Assembly: GCA_032250835.1 (NCBI GenBank)
Contig: JAVVEA010000001.1
Coordinates: 542,765-606,764, forward strand
DNA length: 64,000 bases
Direction of reading: 5' to 3'
Source of the DNA: a bacterium
GTDB lineage: Bacteria; SAR324; XYD2-FULL-50-16
Shown: one piece after another, positions 50,399-60,100 of the stretch
How positions within the stretch are numbered: position 1 is the first letter of the stretch
How the letters are laid out: every line of letters begins with the position of its first letter
Program-made: the position numbers and the translations under genes
Notes under the pieces: model-generated
What the model was told of the DNA's origin: nothing
The model's database searches: none
Seen by the model: only the letters and a program-made list of their open reading frames with translations

Positions 50399-52776
50399 AG
50401 TCGCGGGGGCTGCTCTTATGCTTTCTGATTCCGCCGGGTTGTGCCGGAGCAGAAGGCCTGGACGGATACCTGCCCCCTTGGGCCCAGCTGCTGGGCTTCG
50501 GGGTCCTTTTTCTGTTGATCCTTGCTTGGACTTGGAGGCGCAAAAACAGGGCATTGGTCGAACACAAACGTTATAAGGAACTAGCCGACCAAAACCGCTT
50601 AGTTTTGCAGTCTGTCGATGAAGGGATTTTCGGGCTAGATTTAGACGGGCGCTGTACCTTCATCAACGAGGCGGCTTGCCGGATGTTTGGCTACCGCCGC
50701 GCCGAGGTCATCGGCGCGGACATGCATTTGCTCACCCACCATACCCAACTAGACGGTACGCCCTTCCCCAAAGAGAAGTGCCCCACCTGGGACGCCATGT
50801 ACCGGGGTCAAGTGACTCGGGTGGCCGAAGATAATTTTTGGAACCGCGAGGGGCAACCTTTTATGGTGACCTATTCAACGACACCCTTGAGCGATCAAGG
50901 GCAAATCCTTGGTGCAGTCACGGTTTTTCGAGACCTCACCCGCCAAAAACAAGACCAGCAGCGTATTGCTGAACAACGGGCTACCCTAGAAGGCCTTTTT
51001 ACCGGTTCGGCGGCCATGATGGGGGTCTGTGAACAGCTAGAAAACGACCTGCTAGTGGTGGCCATCAACCCGGCGGCGGCCCAATTTTTTGGTTACCCCG
51101 CAGAGGTCTTAACAGGCCAGCGCGTACGCTCCTTAGGCCCGCCTGAGCGATACCTAAAACTTTGGAGCCGCCAATTTGAAGCTGCCCGCACCGCAGGCAC
51201 CCCCAAAAGGTACACCTACCGCCACCACCTTAGCCGCCGCGAATGCCGCTGGCTAGAAGTCGATGTATTTTATACCGGCATGGGCGAGTTGGGCCCCCGT
51301 TACACTTTTGTGGCCTTAGACCAGACCGAACGCAAGCGCAACGAAAGACAACTGATCCAAGCCAAGCAAGAAGCGCAACGGGCCGCCCAGGTTAAGACCG
51401 ATTTCTTAGCCAATATCAGCCACGAAATCCGCACCCCCCTCAATTCGGTGCTGGTCTTTGCCCAATTACTGGCCGAAAAGGGGCTCACCGAGCAGCAAAA
51501 GACACTGGTCAACCCGATCCAATCGGCGGGCAAAAACCTCTTGACGCTGATCAATGATCTATTGGACTTCCGCAAGATCGAGGTGGGGCACCTCAACCTG
51601 AATTTGGAGGGCTTCGCCTTAAGCCCCTTGCTCGACGAGGTGCTGGAGGGGTTTATGCCCCAAGCCGAATCCAAAGGCCTCAAGCTAGTCCGCGAACTGC
51701 CCGACCCTCTCCCGCCGCCGGTATTGTTGGACCCCGAACGGCTGCGCCAAATCTTGATGAATTTATTGGGCAACGCCGTGAAATTTAGCGACCAAGGGGA
51801 AATCCGCCTTTTGCTCTCCTGGAAGAGTTTGGGCAAAACCCGCTTGAGCGTTACCATAAAGGTCCTGGACCAAGGCCCCGGTATTGCGGCACAACAACAG
51901 CAACACCTTTTTGAAGCCTTTACCCAGGGTAAACAAAAACAGCGTGAAGGGGCCGGACTGGGCTTAGCCATAGCTAAGCAGCTGACCCAACTGATGGGCG
52001 GGGAACTGAGCGTGGACAGCCAGTTGGGCCAAGGTACCTGTTTCACCTTGTTTTTCGCCACGGTCCCGTTGGCCACCGTCACCCAAAGTACCCCGACAAA
52101 GGTCACGCCGCTGCCCGAAGAGCTGATCAATGCCAAAATTTGGCTGTTGATGAATCCGCCGGAGCGCCCCCATTTAGAGCAAACCCTTTCGATGATGGGC
52201 GTTCAGGTGTACGGGCCCCAATTGCCGGGTCAATTGGGGCCGCCAGAAAACCTAAGCGTCGATCTTTGCCTGATTGATTTAGATTCTCTGAGCGAGGCAC
52301 AACAAGCGCAGCTTCAAGTCAACTGCACGGGTCTAATGCCACTATTGTTGTTGAGCCAGCAGGAAGTGCACTTCACATCGGGTTACAAGCCCACAGTGCT
52401 CAGCAAGCCGGTAGAGCCCGCCAGCCTTAGAGGCCAATTAGTGCGCCTGCTACGCCAATCCAAGCCAACAGTCCACCCCCCAGAACAAGGGCTTTCCGAG
52501 GTCATGAGCCATTGGGACGCCGGGCGTTGGGCCCTGGAATCGGCCTCAGTGTTGACTTATCTTGAGCAAGTGGAGCGAGAGGGCCTCCTCTCGGCCTATC
52601 AAGGCCTTAGTGAACGGTTGTCTTCGTTGGCCAGCGCGGCCCAACATGCTGGCCTCGCGGCCAAGTCCGCCCGGTTGGAAAAGGCCCTCGCACGCTTCGA
52701 TATCTCATCCCTCAGGCAAGAGGCTACCCAACTACGGCAGCTATTGGAGCAGTTAACGGCTCAGATAGACAAATAG
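50395..52776 (+). CDS. Membrane PAS-PAS histidine kinase with degenerate REC/Hpt-like tail
   Basis: Two PAS domains; ISHEIRTP; NLLGNAVKF; GAGLGL. Confidence 0.88.
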   Translation: MKSRGLLLCFLIPPGCAGAEGLDGYLPPWAQLLGFGVLFLLILAWTWRRKNRALVEHKRYKELADQNRLVLQSVDEGIFGLDLDGRCTFINEAACRMFGYRRAEVIGADMHLLTHHTQLDGTPFPKEKCPTWDAMYRGQVTRVAEDNFWNREGQPFMVTYSTTPLSDQGQILGAVTVFRDLTRQKQDQQRIAEQRATLEGLFTGSAAMMGVCEQLENDLLVVAINPAAAQFFGYPAEVLTGQRVRSLGPPERYLKLWSRQFEAARTAGTPKRYTYRHHLSRRECRWLEVDVFYTGMGELGPRYTFVALDQTERKRNERQLIQAKQEAQRAAQVKTDFLANISHEIRTPLNSVLVFAQLLAEKGLTEQQKTLVNPIQSAGKNLLTLINDLLDFRKIEVGHLNLNLEGFALSPLLDEVLEGFMPQAESKGLKLVRELPDPLPPPVLLDPERLRQILMNLLGNAVKFSDQGEIRLLLSWKSLGKTRLSVTIKVLDQGPGIAAQQQQHLFEAFTQGKQKQREGAGLGLAIAKQLTQLMGGELSVDSQLGQGTCFTLFFATVPLATVTQSTPTKVTPLPEELINAKIWLLMNPPERPHLEQTLSMMGVQVYGPQLPGQLGPPENLSVDLCLIDLDSLSEAQQAQLQVNCTGLMPLLLLSQQEVHFTSGYKPTVLSKPVEPASLRGQLVRLLRQSKPTVHPPEQGLSEVMSHWDAGRWALESASVLTYLEQVEREGLLSAYQGLSERLSSLASAAQHAGLAAKSARLEKALARFDISSLRQEATQLRQLLEQLTAQIDK

Positions 52777-52815
52777 GGCAATTTTAAGGGGGTATATGCA
52801 CAATGCACCTGAGGA

Positions 52816-54204
52816 CTACCCGCGCTTTATAACCATTTGCCAATTAGTTGAAATGGTCGTGTTACTCCCCGCCCCATACCTATGACCAAAAATTGACACC
52901 CCGACCTTGGTGGCGGAGGTCCCGTCAAAATACCGCAGATAAGTCAAAGCCAAGGTTGCGCCGTAAAGGGGCGCGGTACTCCGGCTAAAGGATTCAGCCA
53001 CAACACCCGAAGACCCATTCACCAAAAAAGCTTTTAAGGGCGCATCAGCCACGGTGACCGACCCAAAATCGAGTTGGACCTTTAGGTTGATCTCGTACCA
53101 ACCGGGATGTACCGGCCAAATCCAGTTGCCGTCATAAGCAAAGTTGCCGGCAGGACCGGTGATGGTCGCCCCGCCCATCAAAGAGACCCCAGCGGGGGTT
53201 CCCCCAAAATAATCGCCCACATTAGCAGTAATCCCCGAATTTGTGCCCGAGGCCATGACGATCCGGTCTTCTTTGGCATCAGCATAGGCCTTAACACTCT
53301 GCTGGGTGGGCAAATCGGCGTCCGAGTCCGAGGCCATATTGTCCTCGTCCTTAATGCCCACAACGGCCACCAGCCGTTTATTGACTCCGTCCCACTGCGC
53401 CAAGCTGCCATCCAGCAAAAAAGGACCTTCGTCGGCGCGCGTGGTTAGGGCCTGGGTGTCATCGGCTAACGTAGAGGCCCCGGTGGTGGTGGCGGTAGCC
53501 GACGAGTTGGCTCCGGTAACGGTTTCCCCGCTAGTGAAAGCCACCGAACCAAACGGGATATACCAAAGATTCGAACCACTCAGGCCAATGTAACGCCCCA
53601 GCGCACCGGAGGTAGCCCCTGATAAGGGCTCCCCCACCGCAAAGCTACCGCTAAGCCCCGTCACAGCCACGACGCCGCAAAACTCGCCGAGCCTGGCCGT
53701 ATCGTTGTTTTCGTCAAAGTGCAGCCCATAAGAGCTAGCCGAACCACGCGCAAATAGCAGACCCGCCCGCTGGTTGGTCACCCCCGGCCCCACCTCGCCG
53801 TCGTTGAGCAACACTTGCGTATCGGCGGTTTGGATCTGCGAACTAATCTGAAGGCTTTGCCCTTGGACCAATAAATTCCCCTGAAAAACCACTTCCGGCG
53901 CGTCTAGCTGAGCGAAGTTGTCTAGGCTCCCGGCGGAGAGGCGGATTTCGATAGAATCGCCGGGGTTAAAGGCCAGAGCGCTGGTTCCTTCCAGGGCGCG
54001 AGTGACCGTCAGCAGATTGCCCGACTTGGCGGTGATCTTTAAGATTTCATGATGGCTAGTCCCGCTTTGGAAGACTACCGCCCGGTAGTAGTCGGTCGGG
54101 CTGGCAAAGACCAAGGCCGAGGCGTCTGAAATGGTGATGGAGCTATCGGTCGGGGCCACTGCAGCCGCCAGAGCCTGGGACCATAGGTTAACGAACTTTT
54201 CCAT
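52816..54204 (-). CDS. Phage tail fiber / virion structural protein
   Basis: HEILKITAKSGNLLTVTRALEGT..F..GD.IE.R N-terminus; IKDEDNMASDS..LPTQQSVKAY.D motif common in fibers. Confidence 0.75.
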   Translation of the reverse strand: MEKFVNLWSQALAAAVAPTDSSITISDASALVFASPTDYYRAVVFQSGTSHHEILKITAKSGNLLTVTRALEGTSALAFNPGDSIEIRLSAGSLDNFAQLDAPEVVFQGNLLVQGQSLQISSQIQTADTQVLLNDGEVGPGVTNQRAGLLFARGSASSYGLHFDENNDTARLGEFCGVVAVTGLSGSFAVGEPLSGATSGALGRYIGLSGSNLWYIPFGSVAFTSGETVTGANSSATATTTGASTLADDTQALTTRADEGPFLLDGSLAQWDGVNKRLVAVVGIKDEDNMASDSDADLPTQQSVKAYADAKEDRIVMASGTNSGITANVGDYFGGTPAGVSLMGGATITGPAGNFAYDGNWIWPVHPGWYEINLKVQLDFGSVTVADAPLKAFLVNGSSGVVAESFSRSTAPLYGATLALTYLRYFDGTSATKVGVSIFGHRYGAGSNTTISTNWQMVIKRG

Positions 54205-54212
54205 GTGGCTCC

Positions 54213-54599
54213 TTAGATGGGATCGGCAATGGTGGCGTCAAAATCCGGGGTGTCTACCTGGTTCCCGCCGACCACCACCTGCGAAGCAGTGATGGGCCAG
54301 ACGTAGAGCAAGCGGCTGTGGCTGTCGTCCACAATGGCGATGTGGTCCATGGTCCCCGAATAGCTGATCTGGACCGACTGCGCCGCCACGGTCACCCGGC
54401 GGCCCGTGGTGGCCCCGTTGCTTAAAGTGAATTCCACCGGGGTCAGGCCCAAGTCGCCTAAGCGTTTGCCGGCGGGTATGGCGGTGATGGCCTCGTTATA
54501 GGTAGCCGGTTGCCCCTGGCAAACAATGATCCGCTGGCCATTCTGTTTGAGGTGATCCAACCCAAAATCCATCATGTTGTCGTGCGCCCATTTGCCCAT
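54213..54599 (-). CDS. Phage virion structural protein
   Basis: GGAGG SD; FTLSNG..GRRVTVAAQ, DHIAIVD..LLYV. Confidence 0.7.
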   Translation of the reverse strand: MGKWAHDNMMDFGLDHLKQNGQRIIVCQGQPATYNEAITAIPAGKRLGDLGLTPVEFTLSNGATTGRRVTVAAQSVQISYSGTMDHIAIVDDSHSRLLYVWPITASQVVVGGNQVDTPDFDATIADPI

Positions 54600-54607
54600 A
54601 AGGCCTC

Positions 54608-55396
54608 CTATAGGTTTTCTTCTAAGGTGAAGTCGATGGTGTGGAAGGCGTGGCCGCCTTCGGTGGCCGAAAAGCTCCCGCTGGCAAAGCTCGCCCAATG
54701 GGCGTAGCGGTGGTCTAGGCTGTTGCCCGAGGCGTCACTGCGGCCTTCTACGGTAAGAATGGCAAAGGGCGTAGCCCCTTGGACCAGTTGGTACAGCTCA
54801 ATCAGGCTATGGTACTGGTCCCAGCCGGTGGGGTCTTTTAGCGGGATCTCTAAGGTGAGCTTGGGCGAGCGGGCCACCTCCTTGGCGCGGGCCCACTTGG
54901 CCCCGTTACGCAACCGTTGGCTGGTGGAATAGTCTTGTAAGCCCTGGGCGTAGCCCCACTTGGGGTTCACATACTTTGAAACCAAGCCCGAGGTGACCCG
55001 GCCGATCTTGGGGGTCTTGTGGTTGGCGGTGCCCAAGGTCAGTTTAAACCAAGCGGCGGACTGCTGGGCGAATTCAAACCAGACCGAATGGACCCAGCTT
55101 TCGCCGAACAATTCCTGTTCCTTGCCGCTTACCGTCAGGCTGTCCACTAATTGGGTCATTGCGGCGTCTGAATAGACCTGCAAAGTCAATTGCTCCACCT
55201 CCAACCCAAAGAGTGCCACCGCGTTGGCCGGGCCCGCACTGGCCAAGTTGACCACCAGTTCACTGGCCGCCCCGGCATCGGCCTTCCAGGGGCGTCTCAG
55301 GTGGTCGTCGGTCAGGTTGCCAAGGGGATATTCGGCCAGCGTTTCGGCGGGGCCCGCATCGACCAGCGTGATGTTGTCGGGATAGATCAGTTTCAT
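54608..55396 (-). CDS. Phage tail protein (distal tail-like)
   Basis: YPLGNL.DD...PWK, NPKWGYAQGLQDYS; synteny with TMP. Confidence 0.65.
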   Translation of the reverse strand: MKLIYPDNITLVDAGPAETLAEYPLGNLTDDHLRRPWKADAGAASELVVNLASAGPANAVALFGLEVEQLTLQVYSDAAMTQLVDSLTVSGKEQELFGESWVHSVWFEFAQQSAAWFKLTLGTANHKTPKIGRVTSGLVSKYVNPKWGYAQGLQDYSTSQRLRNGAKWARAKEVARSPKLTLEIPLKDPTGWDQYHSLIELYQLVQGATPFAILTVEGRSDASGNSLDHRYAHWASFASGSFSATEGGHAFHTIDFTLEENL

Positions 55397-57189
55397 GTGA
55401 GCGTTCCTTTGGCGAAGATGGTCAGGGTTTCGGCACCGAAGTCCAACAAAAAGGAGCGGACCTTGCCCGAGACGTTGGCCGCCGGTTCTAGCTGCGTATC
55501 CGTCAAGGCGATGGCCTCACCAAAGACGGGAAGGCGCTCCAAGGGGCTTTTTAGGGTGATTTTGGCCAGCTCCCGCTCCGCAGCCAGGGCTTCGAGCCGG
55601 GCACGGTTGGTGGCTTCAGAATAACTAAAGGCCACAAGATTCTTTTCTTCGCCCAGGGCGCTGGTCCCCTGGACCACCACCTCCTTTTTGGCGGTCTTCA
55701 GCGCCGGGATAGAGCTCCCGGCCCCGTTGTTTTGGCTGCCCGCGAAGCGCTCTTGCCAACTACATTTAAAATGCCGCACCGGCAGTTCAAAGGCATAGTC
55801 CACCTCAAAGAGTTCGAAGTCGTCTAAGGTCCCGGCGTCTCCATGGGCGACTCGGTTGCTAAAGAGGTGCAGGCCCAGCGAGTCGATCCAAAAGGAGTAG
55901 TTGCAGGCCCCGGCCACCTGATCCAGCAAGTCGATCACCGCCATTTGGCTGTCGATCAGCGCGCCCACCTCAATATTGGCCGGATCGTAGGCCCCGCCTA
56001 ATTCTAGGTTGTCTAGGTCTAAGCCCAACCGGGCGCAACCCCAGGAGAACAAATCGCCCAGGCTGGTTTGCTGGCCCGTGCCTTGGGCCGAAGCGGTACC
56101 AAAGACCTGGGTCGCGCCACGGTCTAGATATTTATTGGACGTGCCATCGGGGGCCCAGGTGCCGTCGGTTACGTCCACCCCATCATCATGCACCGTCAAG
56201 CCAGCGCCCAAGGTCCCCACAAAGCTGGGGCGGTAAAACTTCCAGCCCGTGGACTTGCCAGTACGCACCAAGGGCACTTGGGGTACCTGTCCCAAAACCA
56301 ACGGCAGGGGCACCAATTCGGCGCTGCATTCCAAATTGCCTGCCGTTCCGGTTTCGCTACTGAGCACCTCAAACTGGTTGGGTGCGGGGACGGCGCTGAC
56401 CGGGTATTCCCCCTCAAAAGCCGCCGAATCCCCTTCGGCCACCCGCTGTAACAAAACCCGCTCGCCCACCGCCCGCCCGTGGTCCGCTTCGGTGGTGACC
56501 AATAGTTTGGTGCCGTCGGCGCTCAGCGAGGTCACCGCCAAAACGCTATTAAAGCCCACCCCGTTGCTGAGCACCAAGGCCTTGTAGTCTGGCTCAAAGA
56601 GGTCGTACTCGGCCCCCTGGGCCCCCCGGCGGCGCAAAACGGCGTCGCCCTCGAAAATAGTCCGGGAGCGGTCATCCCGAGCACCCCACTGGGCGGTTAT
56701 GTGCAGTTTGTCCGGCGGAGCGATGGCGCTGCCTGCCTCGTCTTTAAAGGCCCCCGGCAAGAAGCCGATTTTGCCCCAAGTTAGCTTGATGTATCCGCCA
56801 AACTCGCGGGTTTCATATTGGATAGCGGGCAAACTGCTGATTTGTTGGTCCCAAAAATGCTCGACGCCTTCGATGGCCTCATGGGAAAAACGCTGCACCT
56901 GGCTGCCCGAGTGGGTCACGGTAATGTAGAGAAACCCATAACGTAAAACGCCCGAGAAGAAGACGTTCTGGGCGAACTGCTGGTGCAGGGCGCTTTCGAC
57001 ATCATACAAAACCCCGTCGGACAGATTGCCGCGTAGGTTGTGGATTTGAACAAAGCCGGGCAGTTGATCGGCCCCATGGGCCTGCTGGGCCCCGAACAGC
57101 GCCACCGAGAAGCTCGGTTGGCCCGCAAAGGGGTCCGCCAAGATAGCGGCATGGCCGATTTGTCGGCCCAATAGGGTTGCGTTGAGCAT
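55393..57189 (-). CDS. Phage tail hub/tip protein
   Basis: Immediately downstream of TMP; VPLPLVLGQV, VHDDGVD, LLDQVAGACN motifs. Confidence 0.65.
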   Translation of the reverse strand: MLNATLLGRQIGHAAILADPFAGQPSFSVALFGAQQAHGADQLPGFVQIHNLRGNLSDGVLYDVESALHQQFAQNVFFSGVLRYGFLYITVTHSGSQVQRFSHEAIEGVEHFWDQQISSLPAIQYETREFGGYIKLTWGKIGFLPGAFKDEAGSAIAPPDKLHITAQWGARDDRSRTIFEGDAVLRRRGAQGAEYDLFEPDYKALVLSNGVGFNSVLAVTSLSADGTKLLVTTEADHGRAVGERVLLQRVAEGDSAAFEGEYPVSAVPAPNQFEVLSSETGTAGNLECSAELVPLPLVLGQVPQVPLVRTGKSTGWKFYRPSFVGTLGAGLTVHDDGVDVTDGTWAPDGTSNKYLDRGATQVFGTASAQGTGQQTSLGDLFSWGCARLGLDLDNLELGGAYDPANIEVGALIDSQMAVIDLLDQVAGACNYSFWIDSLGLHLFSNRVAHGDAGTLDDFELFEVDYAFELPVRHFKCSWQERFAGSQNNGAGSSIPALKTAKKEVVVQGTSALGEEKNLVAFSYSEATNRARLEALAAERELAKITLKSPLERLPVFGEAIALTDTQLEPAANVSGKVRSFLLDFGAETLTIFAKGTLT

Positions 57190-57195
57190 AGTAGG

Positions 57196-60100
57196 TTAGA
57201 GGTTAAGTCCGCCGCGTTGTTTGCGCTCGCCGGTCTGATTAGCTAAGCTGCGTCCCATTTGGTCTAGGTCAAAGACCACTACCGGCCCGCCCTTGTCGCG
57301 GATGCTGCGTTGGATGTCCACCAACTCACCCAAGCGATCCACCAACCGGTCTAGCCGCTGGTTTTCGCCTTCTTTAGACCCGCCTTTGATTTCGACGGGA
57401 ATGCTCTTTCCGTTCGGCAGAGGTACGTGGGCTTCGGCCTGGAACCTACCTTCGGAGACCCAAGCGAGCTGCGGCCCGTAGCTAATACCGCCGTCGGCAT
57501 ATCCGCCAATCTGTAACCGGTCGCCCACCAACTGCGAAAGCCCCGCATAGTCCACCTGTTTGTATCCCGCCACTTCGCGCACCAAAGAAGGCAACACCCG
57601 CGCTAAGTCTTGGGCGATCACGCCCGCCCCGGCCCCAAAATGGCCCTTGGCCTGCCCCTGCCCGTTCCAATCCCAATAGGCTTGGCGTACGCCGGGCAAT
57701 AGCTCTTGGCCGTAGTGCACGTTTGACTTAAGCCGCTGGTCCGAAAGGCCGGACCAGTGGCTACTTCCAAGCCCACCTATGCCTCCGCCGCCGCCGGGTA
57801 AAGCTTCCATAACGGCATCATAAATGGCACGGGGCAGCTCCCTAATCATCTTCACAACTGCATTGTAAAAATTTGAGCTAATCTCCGTGATTGCGCGGGT
57901 GATATTGTCCCAAATGCCTTTTACAACAGATGAAGCCGCGCCCCAAATCGCCGAGCCTAGGTCCATGATGGCGTGCCAAGCACCTGAAATCAGGCCGCCT
58001 AAGTCCTTAAACAGGGTTTTGAGCATCCCGCCCAGGGCTCCAAACGAGTCGGTTAGTCCCGTCCAAATATCGCTCAGTATTTTAGCGACCCCTTCAAAGA
58101 CTGATTTTAAGGCGTTGATTCCGCCCTGAACGTTGGTCAAAATACCTGCAATCCATTCCAGGGAATCCAAGATCATCTGCAAGATGCCCTTGCTTTCGGG
58201 GCCCAGTGTGGGGGCTTCGACGGCATCGGCCAGACTGTTGGCCTGGGTGATGAGGTCGGGACCGCTCGAAAGCCCGTCCAGGTCGTTCTGGGTCACCTGT
58301 TGCACCGATTCCAAGCCCGCCACCACCGCCTGATAGATGTCGCGATACCCCTGGCTGCTGCGTAGTTGGGCTTGGGCGGCGTCTAAATATTGGGTGCTGT
58401 AGCCGGTCAGTTGCCCCACCCGGTCTTGCCGTTCCTTCGCCGAAATGCCCGATTCCTGGGCGGCGGCGAGCAATTCATTAAACCTTGCCGTCTTGGCGTC
58501 TAGGCTCTGCAACTCGGGGTTGTACTGAGCCCCGCTGATCTGCTCTAAGGTGCTTTTGAGGGTGTTGAGCACCCCTTGTAGCGTGGTGCGGCTCGCCTCG
58601 GTAGAATCTTTGATCTTCTTTAGGGTTTCAAACTGCTGCTTGGAAAGATCAATATAGCGGTCCCAATAGTCACTGGCCCCACGGTCGAGCCCTTCCCGCT
58701 CACTTTGCAGCCGCTTGAACTCGGCCCCCCAGTCTTGGGGGCCCCAGTCGGCTCGTTGTAAGTCAGTGACCCAGCCCCGGATGGATTTGGTCAGCTCCTT
58801 GAGCGCCGCCACCTGAGCTTCGGTCACCTGCCGCTCGCCGCCGCCAAAAATCTGGGCCAGGGCCCGCTGGAAGCCCTCGAAAAAGCCGTTGATCAGGCGG
58901 TCCAAAAATTCCGCCGTAAGTAAGGTACCCAGGGCCTCGGTGAACAGGTCCGCCAAACCGTGGATGCTGTCGCGCAGCAACGTGGGGAGGGACTTTAGCC
59001 AGTTGCCGATCTTCGAGCCCAAATCCCGCCAGGCCTTTAATAAATCGGTCACCATGTTCATGATCGCGTTGGCCAATGAAGGGATGGCCATGGCCAAGTT
59101 ATACATAGAAGAAGCTGACTTCAGCATCGCGCCGGTCGCATCCATCAGCGGCTTGCCGAATTCTTCTTTGCCGGATTCCTTATCTTTTTGGTTCTGCTGG
59201 TCGAACTGCTCCTTGGTCTGGCCGATCTCCTCCACCTTCTGGGCAAAAAACCGCTGCCCCATCTCCTCGCCCATCTTCCCGCCAATGTCCCGGGCGATTT
59301 GCTCATATTTCTGAAAAGCTTCCTGGATCGCCCGGTCGGCCCATTCGGCGCTGCCTCGTTTGATCGTTGAGTCATAAAGGCGCTGGGCCTCTTCACGGGC
59401 CATAATCTTTGCCGGATCTTCCGAAGCAGCCGCCACGCTTTGGGCTTGTTCGAAGCTGCCAGAGTTTCTCACGTCCAGTAGTTGCTGCTCCACCTGCAAC
59501 TGATCCAGCAGGTCCTGGTTCTTTTTCTGTTCGGTGGAACGAATTTCCTCACCTTGCGCGGCTTGGTCTTCTAAGTACTTTTTACGCAATTGCAGAAACT
59601 TGATCTCCCGCTGGATCGCCTGCTGGTGTTCGGGCTTGTCCACTAGTCCAAAGGCTTCGCCCATCTTAGTAAAAGCCCCACGTTGGGCTGATTCCAGTTT
59701 GACATACTCACTTCTCAGCTTCTTTATCTGTGATTTTACGCCCTCGTCATTCAAATCACCATATTTCCCATTCAGGGCGTTATCACTCAGTAAAGCCGTA
59801 TCAGCTTTACTTTGCTGGTCAGCAGAACTTTTCTTCATTCTTGTGAAAATTTCGATCCAGCCTCTTACCAATATAAACGTTGGGTTCATGGCGATTAAGA
59901 TTGTTTTGACGATCTTAAATATTTTGACCAAAACCTCGCCCAAATCCACTAAGACCAGTTTGTTTTCCACGATCCATTGAGTGGCCTCTTGAAACCCTTT
60001 TTTTAGGTCACCAGAAAACAGACCATATATCTCGTCGCTGACATCGCCGACCGCCGAAAGAAGCCCATCCAAAGCCCCCGAAAGGGTATCTCGTTCTGCC

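Noticed and set aside
52788-52798. GGGGGTATATG matching the TMP leader in inverted orientation, as a possible element end
   Set aside because: Only 11 bp with no extension; could be chance
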